64,000 bases of DNA from NCBI GenBank assembly GCA_027923505.1, contig BROI01000028.1:248001-312000 (forward strand). Reading direction: 5' to 3'. Position numbers and translations under genes: made by a program. Positions 49,341 to 59,967 of the stretch are shown piece after piece. Positions within the stretch are counted from its first letter, which is position 1. Every line of letters starts with the position of its first letter. The notes under the pieces are model-generated. The model ran no database searches, was not told the DNA's origin, and saw only the letters and a program-made list of their open reading frames with translations. This stretch comes from Mayamaea pseudoterrestris. Taxonomy: Eukaryota.

Positions 49341-49546
49341 CTTTTTGGTAGCTGCAGATACCTGGGACTTCAACTGCAGCTCTGCTGCTTGTAGTGTACA
49401 AGTAGGGCATGACTGCAGCTCTGCTTTCTAGAGTGTAGGGTGAATCTTTATTGAGTCTGGATGGTTGCTGCGACCGTAGAGATAGCTTGGACCTAACAGT
49501 TAACTTTACGTCTCTCTTTTTTCGCGGATCGTACCGGTACTGCTCG

Positions 49547-50359
49547 ATGAGCTTAGCGCGCGACGATGACGATCAAACCGATGAGCACTCTATCGTAAAT
49601 GACAGTATTGACAACGCAATCATGTGCGAATCAGAGTCTGAAGATGTTCACTTTATGAACCTGGCCCTGAACGTTGCCAGAAAAGCGTTGAGTGTCGGCG
49701 AAGTCCCCGTCGGCTGCGTCATCGTTCTTGCAACCGACCAGGGACCCGTCGTCGTGTCCCACGGCGCCAATCTCGTCAACGTGACACGTGACGCTACCAG
49801 ACATGCCGAAATTGTTGCCATTGATCGAATGCTAACCGGAGGAACATCCAGCGACATGCTGCGCTTGCCTGTCGACGTTTACTGCCAGCCTGGTCGAGCA
49901 CATTTGCTACCAAAGAACTCGCCGCTGCTGGCATGTTCAGATCCAGAGGTGTTGGAAAAGCATTTGAAGGATGAATGGGTGAACGTTGAGAATGATCCGA
50001 CGCATTGGAAGAATCAATACGGGTGGGGTAGTGGACGGCGCCATTGCTTGGATGATTTCAAAAAGTGTCGGCTTTACGTCACGTGTGAGCCATGCATCAT
50101 GTGCGCTGCCGCCTTGAGTCAAGTGGGAATCGGCAAGGTCATTTTCGGGTGTCGAAACGAAAAGTTTGGAGGATGTGGGTCTATTTTGTGTCTACATGAG
50201 GACATACATCCACATCACAATGGATATCCAATCGTTGGTGGCATTCTGGAGGCCGAGGCGATCGCATTGCTACGATCCTTTTACGAAAGGGAGAATATGC
50301 ACGCACCAGACGACAAACGAAAACGGAAGGACATCAAAGTAGAGACAAATGACGAATGA
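49547..50359 (+). CDS. ADAT2: tRNA-specific adenosine-34 deaminase catalytic subunit (ADAT2/Tad2)
   Basis: 'EVPVGCVIV', 'N...DATRHAE', 'LYVTCEPCIMCAAAL', 'FGC.N.KFGGCGS' and 'LLRSFYEREN..AP'. Confidence 0.9.
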   Translation: MSLARDDDDQTDEHSIVNDSIDNAIMCESESEDVHFMNLALNVARKALSVGEVPVGCVIVLATDQGPVVVSHGANLVNVTRDATRHAEIVAIDRMLTGGTSSDMLRLPVDVYCQPGRAHLLPKNSPLLACSDPEVLEKHLKDEWVNVENDPTHWKNQYGWGSGRRHCLDDFKKCRLYVTCEPCIMCAAALSQVGIGKVIFGCRNEKFGGCGSILCLHEDIHPHHNGYPIVGGILEAEAIALLRSFYERENMHAPDDKRKRKDIKVETNDE

Positions 50360-50516
50360 TGACTGGGACTCAAGAAGCTTTTGACTGTCAGAACAAATTC
50401 GTCTTCGTCCATGGAACAACTCTGCCTATCCTAATTACTATGTAGAGTCGTCAGCACATGATTCAATGGCAGACTTCAGGCCTCATACGTACACCACACT
50501 TTGTGTTTAAACCATT

Positions 50517-52691
50517 TTAACTAAATAAAAAAGTTGACTTTTCGCCACAAAGCATGTTACTGCTGTTCTTGCTACCAACAATTCGTTCCAGCGCGAACTT
50601 TTCGTATTTGGTAAACAAGGCGAGACAGCTTGCAGACGCGCCATCGTCCGTTTCTGACCCATCGTTCAACAGATTTATCATTTGGGGGTAAAACTCGGAA
50701 TGCTCCGGCAGACCCAGGAACACAAGATGATGAGCGCCCTTGATGAAGTGTCGATGGAAATAGTGCGCACGACCCGTGTAGAGCATGATGGGCTTGCGCC
50801 CCTGCAGGAAACGTGCCCTCGCTCGACTCGTTTCAGTGTGGCGAGAATACTCCGTCACCATGACGAATGATGCTTCATCTTTTAGCAACCGATTGCGCAC
50901 AGATATGAAGTCAAAGTATGACGGAATGAATATCAGCGTGTGTGACTGTTTACTCTTTAAAATCTGAGCGAGCACTTTTTCAGTAAAATAACGCAGGCGA
51001 TCTTCGCTGTGCTTCAAAAATGAGCTGGTAGGCACGCGTTGAAAGACTTGCTGTGTTGGTAGCAAGACGTTTGTAATACTCGATGAATCATTGTCACTTT
51101 GATGGCGAAAGCGCGCAATGCCCGCAATGCTTTTGGCATGCCGCTTAAAGGTGCTTGCTATCGCTGGGTCAAGAAAGCTTGACGATATAATCAGCTGTCT
51201 CCAATGCGATCCTTGACCATCCAGTAGATAATTGCGGACGCGGCTAAAGTCAATGTCTGTGGTATCCTGCGGTTGCTGGTTAAGCTCGGGCAAAAGATCG
51301 TTCAGATGATCCCAGTTTTGCATCAGGAGGACATCGCCTCTCAGCACAAGGCATACTTCTATGCTCGACAAGAACAAAAATCCACGCTCGTCCTCCTCCT
51401 TATTGTTGGCGTTCATTTTCAATCCGATCGGAGATGCAATGATGATATCACTCTTGTAGAAATCAGAAAACAACTTGGTGGACCAAGCATTGTCGTCGTC
51501 GTTCTTCTTCTTTTGTTTGTTCTCTTGAAGAGAGATTCCAAGCTTAAAGTCATCATCATCATTCACATCATCACCAAAAAGTTCTATCCAATCCTTGCCT
51601 TTCTTACTGATGGCCTTGCGACGATGCAGCTCGGCCTTATCGGTCGGGTCAGTGCTCTCTTTTATTGGCGGACCAAATTCGGTTTCGAAGCGTTCATTTT
51701 CAGCAGTGTCACCAAGCATCGACTGCAACTGCTTGACAAAAGCGTAGCAGCATCCTCGTGTCGGCAGCAACACTAGCACAGTCGGCCGTACGTAGCCCTG
51801 GTCGCGCTGCCAAGTAGATTGATCAGATTCGTCAGACTGTTCAGCCTCGATTGTTTGTAGCCGTCGGTTCTGACGCTGGATGCGTCCCCTGCTGGTCAAG
51901 ACGTGGTTAAGAGTATGCAGAGCAAAAGTTGTATGGTCCTTGCTATGAGTGGGCGTAGTGACAAGCATGTCGGCGTAAAGCGACGCAAACGGAAACAAAA
52001 GGCTTTGGGAGGTGCTCATGTTGGCACACTGGTCTTGCAAAACTTTGCGCATCGACGAGTGTACGAGAGCCTTTGTGCGAACTTTGCATTGCCAATTCAA
52101 ATCAGATTCATGGCTGAGTTCCAGTTTGTCATATAGCGACTTGCTAACCTGCAAACTGACGCATTTGCTAGCATGAAGCTTCACCTCTGATCCCTGAATT
52201 TCGATCATCTGTTGGCTGCGAGCTTCCTCGTTGCCAGCCAAGGAAGCATGCGAGAATCGATCGGCAAAGGCATCTAAATGTAAAAGCAATGTCGAAAGAT
52301 GATTCTCGCCGGGATTTGCATTGTCAATCTCCATTATGGACGTGTCATCGTCGGATGAGCCGCTGTCCGACGACGCATCTGATTCTTCGCCATTAGCCTT
52401 TTGTCGAAGCGATTGCAGCAACTTCGAGCAAGCCTGCTCTTCATCGTCACTTATGTCGTCATTGTTTACTTGCTGAGAGGCTTCCAACGCCTCGTCCATG
52501 TCTCCAGCTATAGATGGTTCATGCTCGGCGTATGATCGACGGTCCGTTTTCCGAGTTAGCAGTCGGCTCTTGCCGACTCGCTTCCTTTGCGCTCCCAAAT
52601 CTACTTCTCCCCATTGACGCTCAAGCTTTGCTTTCGCACGAGCTTTCGTTCCCTTTGGGCCTTTGGATCCTTTCGTTTTGGTCTTTGCCAT
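50517..52691 (-). CDS. UTP25: U3 snoRNA-associated protein 25 (UTP25/DEF)
   Basis: 'LHTLNHVL', 'RDQGYVRPTVLVLLPTR', 'DDDFKLGI', 'FYKSDIIIASPIGL', 'LSSIE', 'MQNWDHL', 'IFIPSYFDF..VRN' and 'LYTGRAHYFHR..IKG'. Confidence 0.93.
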   Translation of the reverse strand: MAKTKTKGSKGPKGTKARAKAKLERQWGEVDLGAQRKRVGKSRLLTRKTDRRSYAEHEPSIAGDMDEALEASQQVNNDDISDDEEQACSKLLQSLRQKANGEESDASSDSGSSDDDTSIMEIDNANPGENHLSTLLLHLDAFADRFSHASLAGNEEARSQQMIEIQGSEVKLHASKCVSLQVSKSLYDKLELSHESDLNWQCKVRTKALVHSSMRKVLQDQCANMSTSQSLLFPFASLYADMLVTTPTHSKDHTTFALHTLNHVLTSRGRIQRQNRRLQTIEAEQSDESDQSTWQRDQGYVRPTVLVLLPTRGCCYAFVKQLQSMLGDTAENERFETEFGPPIKESTDPTDKAELHRRKAISKKGKDWIELFGDDVNDDDDFKLGISLQENKQKKKNDDDNAWSTKLFSDFYKSDIIIASPIGLKMNANNKEEDERGFLFLSSIEVCLVLRGDVLLMQNWDHLNDLLPELNQQPQDTTDIDFSRVRNYLLDGQGSHWRQLIISSSFLDPAIASTFKRHAKSIAGIARFRHQSDNDSSSITNVLLPTQQVFQRVPTSSFLKHSEDRLRYFTEKVLAQILKSKQSHTLIFIPSYFDFISVRNRLLKDEASFVMVTEYSRHTETSRARARFLQGRKPIMLYTGRAHYFHRHFIKGAHHLVFLGLPEHSEFYPQMINLLNDGSETDDGASASCLALFTKYEKFALERIVGSKNSSNMLCGEKSTFLFS

Positions 52692-52921
52692 GATGCTTTG
52701 GTGGCAGTGCGGAAATGTAACATGGCGAAATCGTTGGTTGTCGCGGCGAAGCGTCGAGAACCGGTGCGAGCAAAGTTGCCTCTCACTTGAATGAGCTATG
52801 TTCCGCAAACTTCTGTACCGAAAGAAGCTCATATCACTATCATATGCAGCGCAAGCTTACAATTCATAATCTATAATGATATATATTTTATTCTAAACAC
52901 TCGTATACATCTATGTCCTTC

Positions 52922-55900
52922 TTAAAAGGCAGGTGCCGAAGAATGAGCAGCAACGAGAGGGGTGCGCTCACTCCTCAAAGCTTCCGCATCTTCAAACAAG
53001 AATTCGCCAACTGGAGTTTCGACATGTAAAGAGCCTCCCTTTTCGAGCCAGTACACTGGCCGCTCGTCGCTATGAGCGGTCAAATTCTGGCGAGTGGCTG
53101 CCGACGCCAGCGATGCGGCTTCCTGTAAATTGTTCATGCTCGTGCTTGCATTCATGCCTCTACGTTTTTGAATGATAGCAGCAATTATACTCTTGCTGTT
53201 CAAAACTCCTTCATTGTTCACATCAAGACAGCGAAAAGCGGCAAACGTCTCCTTGATATCCGTTTCCGACACCTTGCCCAAACGAACCAGCATGGCCAAC
53301 GAAAACATTTCGCGCGTGCACTCGTCAAGACCATCAGGGCGGTTTGCCGACAAACGTAATCGTTGAATTAACGGACCCGTGGCAAGTTCTCTCAACGCCG
53401 CGTCGTCCAATTCGTCCCCAAACTGCGTCAAGACTGCCCTCTCAATGCGCCGCTTACGGAGCTCGATGGGTATCATACTGATCGACGACATGTTGTTCAG
53501 CAGAATTGTTCCAGCTACTAAAATATAAACAGTGGCAAACAATTTACCGCCCAGTGTGACAGGGACTATGTCGCCATACCTGAGGCAAGCAGGTGTAAGC
53601 TTAAGTCATTCGCCAATTGCAGAGCTGCCAAACATTAATCAACTTACCCAACAGTCGTTAAGAACACAGTGGTAAAGTACCAGCTGTCAACAAGCGAAAA
53701 TCCTTCAATGAACCAAAAGCCAAGGCAGCCCACAGCAATAATTACCATAGAGTTGAAGAGCGCCTGCCGCAAAGTAAGCACGACGTACTTAATTGCCTTA
53801 ACTTTTGAAATCGCTTCGTCAACTATCTCCTCTGTTGTGGATGTCGAATCGGATCCACTGCATGAATAGTCGTCGGCATTGCTGTCAAAGTCGCTGTTGC
53901 GTTCGAAAGTCGAAGGCTCGTGCGCAATGTTTTCGTTCATAGTTGACGTTTGTATGTTATCGTGAGACATTCTCCTCACTCGATTAGGCGTCCCTCCTTG
54001 CAATGCACCAGGCTTTGTGAAATCAATAGAGTCGTGGCGGGTGTGTTCTTGCCGATCAAGAATGCTCCGTGTAACTGGAGACGAAAGGTGATAACTTGAC
54101 TTCGACGCACTCGATGCTGGCGATGCCTCAAACACTCCTCCGGTTGTATGATGAACCGATTCCCTAGAAGATGTCTGCGCCAGCGGTGGAGGAAATGTTG
54201 CTTCACCTTTGTTAACCAGAGACTGCTGATTATATTGTTGTAATTGGCTGCCACTTCCGTCAGAGGCAGCCGCAACTACTCTATGTGTTGCAACCGTATG
54301 TGAAATGCCAGCACCCCGTTCATTTTTTCTCCCTTGGCGAGATTTTGTATCGCGGACGTAAATTGCGGTATGATTTGCATTTGAATCAACATGACGCTCT
54401 GACGAGAATCTTTGTAATCGGGGTGTATCACTACGTCCGACTGCAGCACTTTTGTAACGACGCGTCGTTCCATTGGAAGCTTCCTTCATCGTCTGTAGTC
54501 GAGCACAATTTGGGCATGAATCGATCAGCTTCGCTTTCCTGTCTCGTCGTGCTTTATCATCCAGCATGCCAGCAATGTAACTTCCAAGCAACAAACCGAT
54601 GCAAGCCACACCAAAGTAAATAAAAATAGAGCAGATAATCTTATTGGCCCAGCTCGTCGGTACAAAGTCTCCGAGTCCAGCCGTTGTGAGTGTTACAACG
54701 GCGAAGTAGATGCAATCTCCGGTCTCCCAACCTTCCTCAAGGCCAAATATAAAGAGGGATGCAATCACGTAGATCGAGAAGTATAGCGCAAGATAACTGC
54801 CTGGCCCCTCGAGTTGACGAGGTGCATCGTCGACAGTAAAAAATTCGCGTTGCCGCGTTTTGCACCTCGGACAAACGTAGAAGTGATAATTCTTGCCTTC
54901 CTGCTCGCCAACAGAGGAAGTTTGAGGCAGAAACATTGCTCTCTTCGCCTTCTCGACAGATGTCTTGCCAATATTCGCAAAAGGATTATTGCTTGGGCTA
55001 GGACGTAAATTCTCAATGTCTGACTCAAGATGCTCAAGGTTCGAATACGTTGACGTAGCAAATTGAACATGCCCAGTTGGTGTGGCACGAGCACTGTTGT
55101 CATTGTCAAAATGGAATGCATAATCATCCTCTTCTCCAACCTGTCTAAGTGCATCGCCGAAAACATTCACTGGTTTAACTGGGCCACCAAACGAAGTCGG
55201 TGGTAATTGGAGCATCTTTGGAGGCCACGAGGTTGCAGAATGATGATCAATTTGTGCCTGCTGTTGTAAAGATGATAATGCGCCATACAAACCGTTGTCC
55301 GTAGTTTGCGAGGACGCCGGCATGACTAACAAGGATTGTTCCGCTGTCTGCAGTTGCTGTTGCTGCATGCCTTGTCGCGGCTGCTGTCCTACAGTCCACG
55401 TTTTTCGCCTTGCAATAATTTCTGGCTTTCTGGGAAAATGCCGACCTTCATCCTCCTCATCGTCATCGCCGTCGTCATCTTCCTGCGTCGACTTGAAGCG
55501 CTTGCTGCTGCGCGTATTCTTCCATTCCTGTCGACCAGTAGCAGTCCTCGTAGCAACAGCTTCTCCACTTCGAAAACGTCTATTCTCGTTTGCATGTGGC
55601 TGAGCTTGTTGCGGTTGCTTGGTTTGAAACGTAATGGTACGAACCGTTGGTCGCTGCTGTATTGCGCGGTGTGCGGCCCCATTACTCGGCCGCACCTGTC
55701 TTGACGTACTGCTATTCCTGACTGGGCCATTGCCTCCCCCCGACGCATGAGTCGCCCCGACCATGTTTGGTAGCTTAAAATTAGACCCATCGTTAATATT
55801 CTTTTCAGTTTCATTTGCAGTATCCTCATCGTCTGAATCAGACAAAGTCATGGCAATGGAATCGTCCGCAGCAAGTGTTCGATGCTGCCCTCCCTCGCGC

Positions 55901-56667
55901 AATAGAAAAGAGCCATGTAGATTGTCATAGTCATTAACATGTAGCATGGCATTGGATGATCGAGTGGGTGACTTTGTCGTGACAGATTGCAGCTGATGCC
56001 GCAAAAAGTAGCTGTCAACGTCAGTCACCTCGCTTGCATCGCGGTGTGGAGGATTCGGCATGGGCGGAAGCTTTCGGTCGTCAGCATTTCCAGCAGCAGC
56101 ATCATTATTTCCAGTACTCGTCGATGGAGGCAAGAGTCGTTGACTATAGGTTCCCGTCGAATTGAAGTCGACACTTGACGACAAGGTCGGCGGAACAAAA
56201 TGAAACTGAATCAAATTCCTCACTCGACCAGGCATTGCCGGACTATCCCAGCTGCTCAAACTCGTATTTCCGGGACTCGAAGGCGCAGAATGACGCGGCG
56301 ATCGATGGCGACGCATTTGTCGGTTTTGCTGACGCTGCTGCTGCTGTTGTTGCTCATCCTCGTCGCTCGACTGATGCCTTCCAAACAGTCGCGCTCGATG
56401 GGGTGCACGAATCACTTGACCGCTGGAAGCATCGCGGTCGTCTTCACTATAGGAAGGCTCACTCATAAAGAATCGATTACTGTCCTCGTCAATGACTGAA
56501 TGCGTTGGTGTATGGAGGCGATAAGATGATAGGTGCGGATGTTGCGCCGGACTGTCAATGGTATTGAGCTGCTCCGGTTCGCCGGCGGTTGCTCGATTCG
56601 CTTCCTCCTCGTCATCATCCTTGCTGCTCGAGGGAGCATCGGCGGCCGCAGCCCCATCCTCGCTCAT
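52922..56667 (-). CDS. Two-pore-domain potassium channel (TPK/KCO-like) with a long disordered N-terminus and a C-terminal EF-hand-like motif; intron 53580-53647
   Basis: Pore 1 'YFAVVTLTTAGLGDFVP'. Pore 2 'YFTTVFLTTVG|YGDIVP' is restored by splicing. 4 TM helices. 'FRCLDVNNEGVLN'. Confidence 0.9.
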
Positions 56668-57104
56668 GATAAGCAACGATATAGCCGTGAGCTAGATTCC
56701 AATTGATCAAGCTGAAAGGTGAGAATACTATAGCATGGGGGATGGGCCACGATTGGCAAACATGATGCGGTCGCGTGGTGGTCGTCACAGATTTTGGCGC
56801 ACCGAAGAGTTCTGAGCAAGCGGTACTGAAAAGACAGATTGACAGATTTACAGCTTGAAAACGATTGACTTTCGGTACACAAAGCTTTATAGTCGTGCGA
56901 TGACGTGGCATCGGAATTCGAAACATCTGGCTCGAAAGTTCTTCGCGTCCATGGACGAAGCGAGAAGTCACCGTCGTCCAACGTCGAACCTCTCACTTTG
57001 ACGACATCCTACATCAGAACACTTCCGAGAGCGACACCAAATCAATCGACAAAAGTCTGCTCGCAGAGCCAAGTTCACAGCTTCATATAGGATCAAGAAG
57101 AAGT

Positions 57105-58622
57105 ATGTATCTGCTCGTCGTCATTCTCATTTCATTTGCCTCGAGCCAAGGCGTGACTGCCTTCTTCAGCCTTCCTCCTTCCTTGGCGTTAGACACCACG
57201 ACTCGCGCTATTGCCAGTCGCCGATGCGCCTTTTTCAATGCAGGTGAATATGAACAATATGACGATGACAATATGGAGCGACATGGACACCACCATAGCG
57301 ATGCTCTTGCTCACAATTTGAGACGCACCGACCCACTCATATTTTTGACTCAACGAGCGATTCAGTCATTCATGGTTCTTTTGGCATCGACGCGCGATCC
57401 TCATACGAGCAAATGGATTGAGGTGAGTGTCATTGTTTGAGAAGAATAGTATGTGAGTAGACAGAGACAAGTATAAAAAGCGACAACTTGATTACTTTGG
57501 TTTGAAGCTCCTTGGTCAAAACTTTTGACACCACCCACATCACTGCTACCGGTAGCCCAATCATGAAATTACTCACACTGAATCATCACATTAGGACAAC
57601 TACAATTGCCAAGGTATCGAGCAGTATCACGGAACGGGAGCATTCAATTTGACCCTTTGGCCATCCTGGGAGTCCTTGTTGACTGACATGCTTCAGAAAC
57701 CCGAAGATGTTGTTGTAGTGAGCGCCAAGCGACGGGGACGAGGCCATGGAGGATGGAGCAAGAACAATCCCTATCTAGAAGAGGTAAGAACTGAATTTGT
57801 TTGCTGCGATTTTGTGCGTTCTCTCGTGTAAGCTTACTAAACATTCCTTGTGTCACTCTATTTTAGCGCTGGGTTGAATTCAACATTGACATCAACCCAC
57901 CATCGATTGTGACACGTATACTGTCTGTTCGAGAGCAGATTGGGAAGGAGTGGCTGCATGATTTGGACACCATGGTAGTTGCCAACGAGCAGATTTTGAC
58001 CAGTTACAAGGAGAAGAGTACAAGCGCTCGGTCCGACGAGTGCTTGGACGAGGACGCGGAATCTCCCTCCGAAGATTGCCTTGCTACAGAGACAAAGGCG
58101 ACCAAGAGCAGTGCCTATGACCGTACTTCTATGCTACTTATGGACAATACCATTGAATTCGAGTCACTCAACTCATCGCCCCAGCGTAAAGGCAATTTCG
58201 ACCTCTTGATACTGCTCGCAACACAGGAAAGCATTCACAGAGTGTTGCGCGAGTATCGCGACGCTGGACTGAGCCGCCAAGTGTCGTTCGAGTGGCTTCG
58301 AACTTTTTACATTGACCGGGTGGCAACGTTCTTTGACGGCAGCCAAGAGTATGGCCGAGCCGATGACTTTTTGGAAGAACTGTTGCTGACGCCACCATCC
58401 ATGAAGACTGTCAGCAACAAGGTGGAACTTGTTGATCCATTTCGTATCGCCGAGGATGTCATTCGGACACGGTCCATGGTTGGAATGGAGTGGAAGGAAA
58501 AGATGAAGGATGTTTCCGCAGCGCACTTGGAACTGCGTCGTTTATTGTTGCTGCGGCACATGGAGAATGCGGCAACACCATCCCCGTTTGCACAAGCGGC
58601 CGGAAGCGAAGGTTTTGAGTAA
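57105..58622 (+). CDS. Plastid-targeted hypothetical protein with a putative tandem RbcX-like fold (paralog of 10376-11545); 3 exons (introns 57423-57594, 57784-57866)
   Basis: Signal peptide plus 'VTA-FF' motif. The exons splice in frame, and conserved blocks are shared with the 10.4-kb gene. Confidence 0.8.
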
Positions 58623-59178
58623 TTCCTTGGTGGAGTCGTACATAGCATGCAGGAGCTGGATGTGCAATGATGTTCGCCCAATTGTTCTCGCCGAGGCGTA
58701 CACTTTCACCGTCGACTGTAGTATTGACTCGATTGTGAGTTACCGCTCGAGATCAAAAGAGCATTAAAGTACATATTTTGCGTATGATTCTTAATAACAT
58801 TTGTAACATTTGAGCAAGATGGGTACAATGAGTCGCCTTTTTCGAAAAGAAGTGGGTTATGATGATGGCTTGCACATAATAGCGCATGTCGCATAGCGTC
58901 TCGTGAGCGAGACGATTCGGAAGCCTCGAGACGACTCGTCGCCTTGACTGCCATGGACAAAGCATCAACAACGATCAAGTCTTCTTGTCTTGCTGCCTTG
59001 GTACGCGTCTTATATGTTTGTTTAATGTGTTTTGTGAATGTATTCTGCTACAACTTGCTAATGATGATGCACATCTCACGTTCCCTCGGCTTTCCACCTC
59101 TCGCCCTCTCGCTGCTCGGTGCACAGCTCGACTTCTTTTATACTACTTACTTTCTCTAGATAGATCCAATTAGCAAAT

Positions 59179-59913
59179 ATGAATCGTGTATTCGGAAAGA
59201 AGAAAGCCACGGGTCCCGCACCATCGCTCGAGGACGCCTCAACTGGTATAAACGCGCGCATTGATGGAATGGATTCCAAGATTGAAGGACTCGACAAGGA
59301 GCTGCGTGACTTTAAAAACAAAATTAAAACTTGCAAGACTCCAGCAGCCAAGAAGCAATTGCAGAAGCGAGCTTTGGAGACTTTGAAGCGCAAGCGTATG
59401 TACGAAAAGCAGCGCGACATGGCTAGTGCTCAAGCCTTTAACATTGATCAGACGGCTTTTAGTTTGGAATCTTCCAAAGCTACGGTTTCGACAGTCGCCG
59501 CCATGAAGGCTGCTAACAAGGAGCTAAAGAATGTGATTCGAAAGGATTTGGATATTGACGATGTAGATGGACTTGCAGATGAAATGGCGGAGCTTATGGA
59601 TGATTGTAAGTATTCTTCTCGCGGAAATCAATTTGCTTCTTTTTCATACGCGAGTTCTGACTGTCCTCTTTTTCTCTGTTCTCCAGTCAACGAAATCAAC
59701 GAGGCTCTTGGACAGAATTTTGCCACTCCGGATGATATTGACGAGGCGGACCTGGATGCTGAGCTCGATATGCTTGGAGATGAGCTGGAGGATCTTGTTG
59801 GCGAGGAGTCCGTTCCTTCGTACCTCATGCCGGCGATGCCGAGTGTAACTCCAGGTCAGAAGGAAGAAGACGAGTATGGGCTGCCATCAGCGCCTATCGG
59901 AACGAAGAGTTAG
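59179..59913 (+). CDS. VPS60: ESCRT-III subunit Vps60/CHMP5 (Snf7 family); intron 59606-59686
   Basis: MNRVFGKKK, 'LKRKRMYEKQRD...Q.FN.DQ', 'TVAAMK' and 'DIDEADLDAELD'. Removing an 81-bp GT-AG intron gives DD|FNEINEAL. Confidence 0.92.
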   Translation: MNRVFGKKKATGPAPSLEDASTGINARIDGMDSKIEGLDKELRDFKNKIKTCKTPAAKKQLQKRALETLKRKRMYEKQRDMASAQAFNIDQTAFSLESSKATVSTVAAMKAANKELKNVIRKDLDIDDVDGLADEMAELMDDCKYSSRGNQFASFSYASSDCPLFLCSPVNEINEALGQNFATPDDIDEADLDAELDMLGDELEDLVGEESVPSYLMPAMPSVTPGQKEEDEYGLPSAPIGTKS

Positions 59914-59967
59914 CGGCTTTATCTATTGTTATGACACTAGTTTGTAATCAGGATAAGAAATTCTTAT

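Noticed and set aside
26422..49351. Dozens of short ORFs (60-146 aa) within both satellites
   Set aside because: They are by-products of tandem repetition. Neither 169 nor 352 is a multiple of 3, stops recur in every unit, many starts are GTG, and there is no recognisable domain.
49372..49425. Short direct repeat actgcagctctgct just right of the satellite
   Set aside because: Only two 14-bp copies with no counterpart at the left array edge, so it is not a TSD or terminal repeat.
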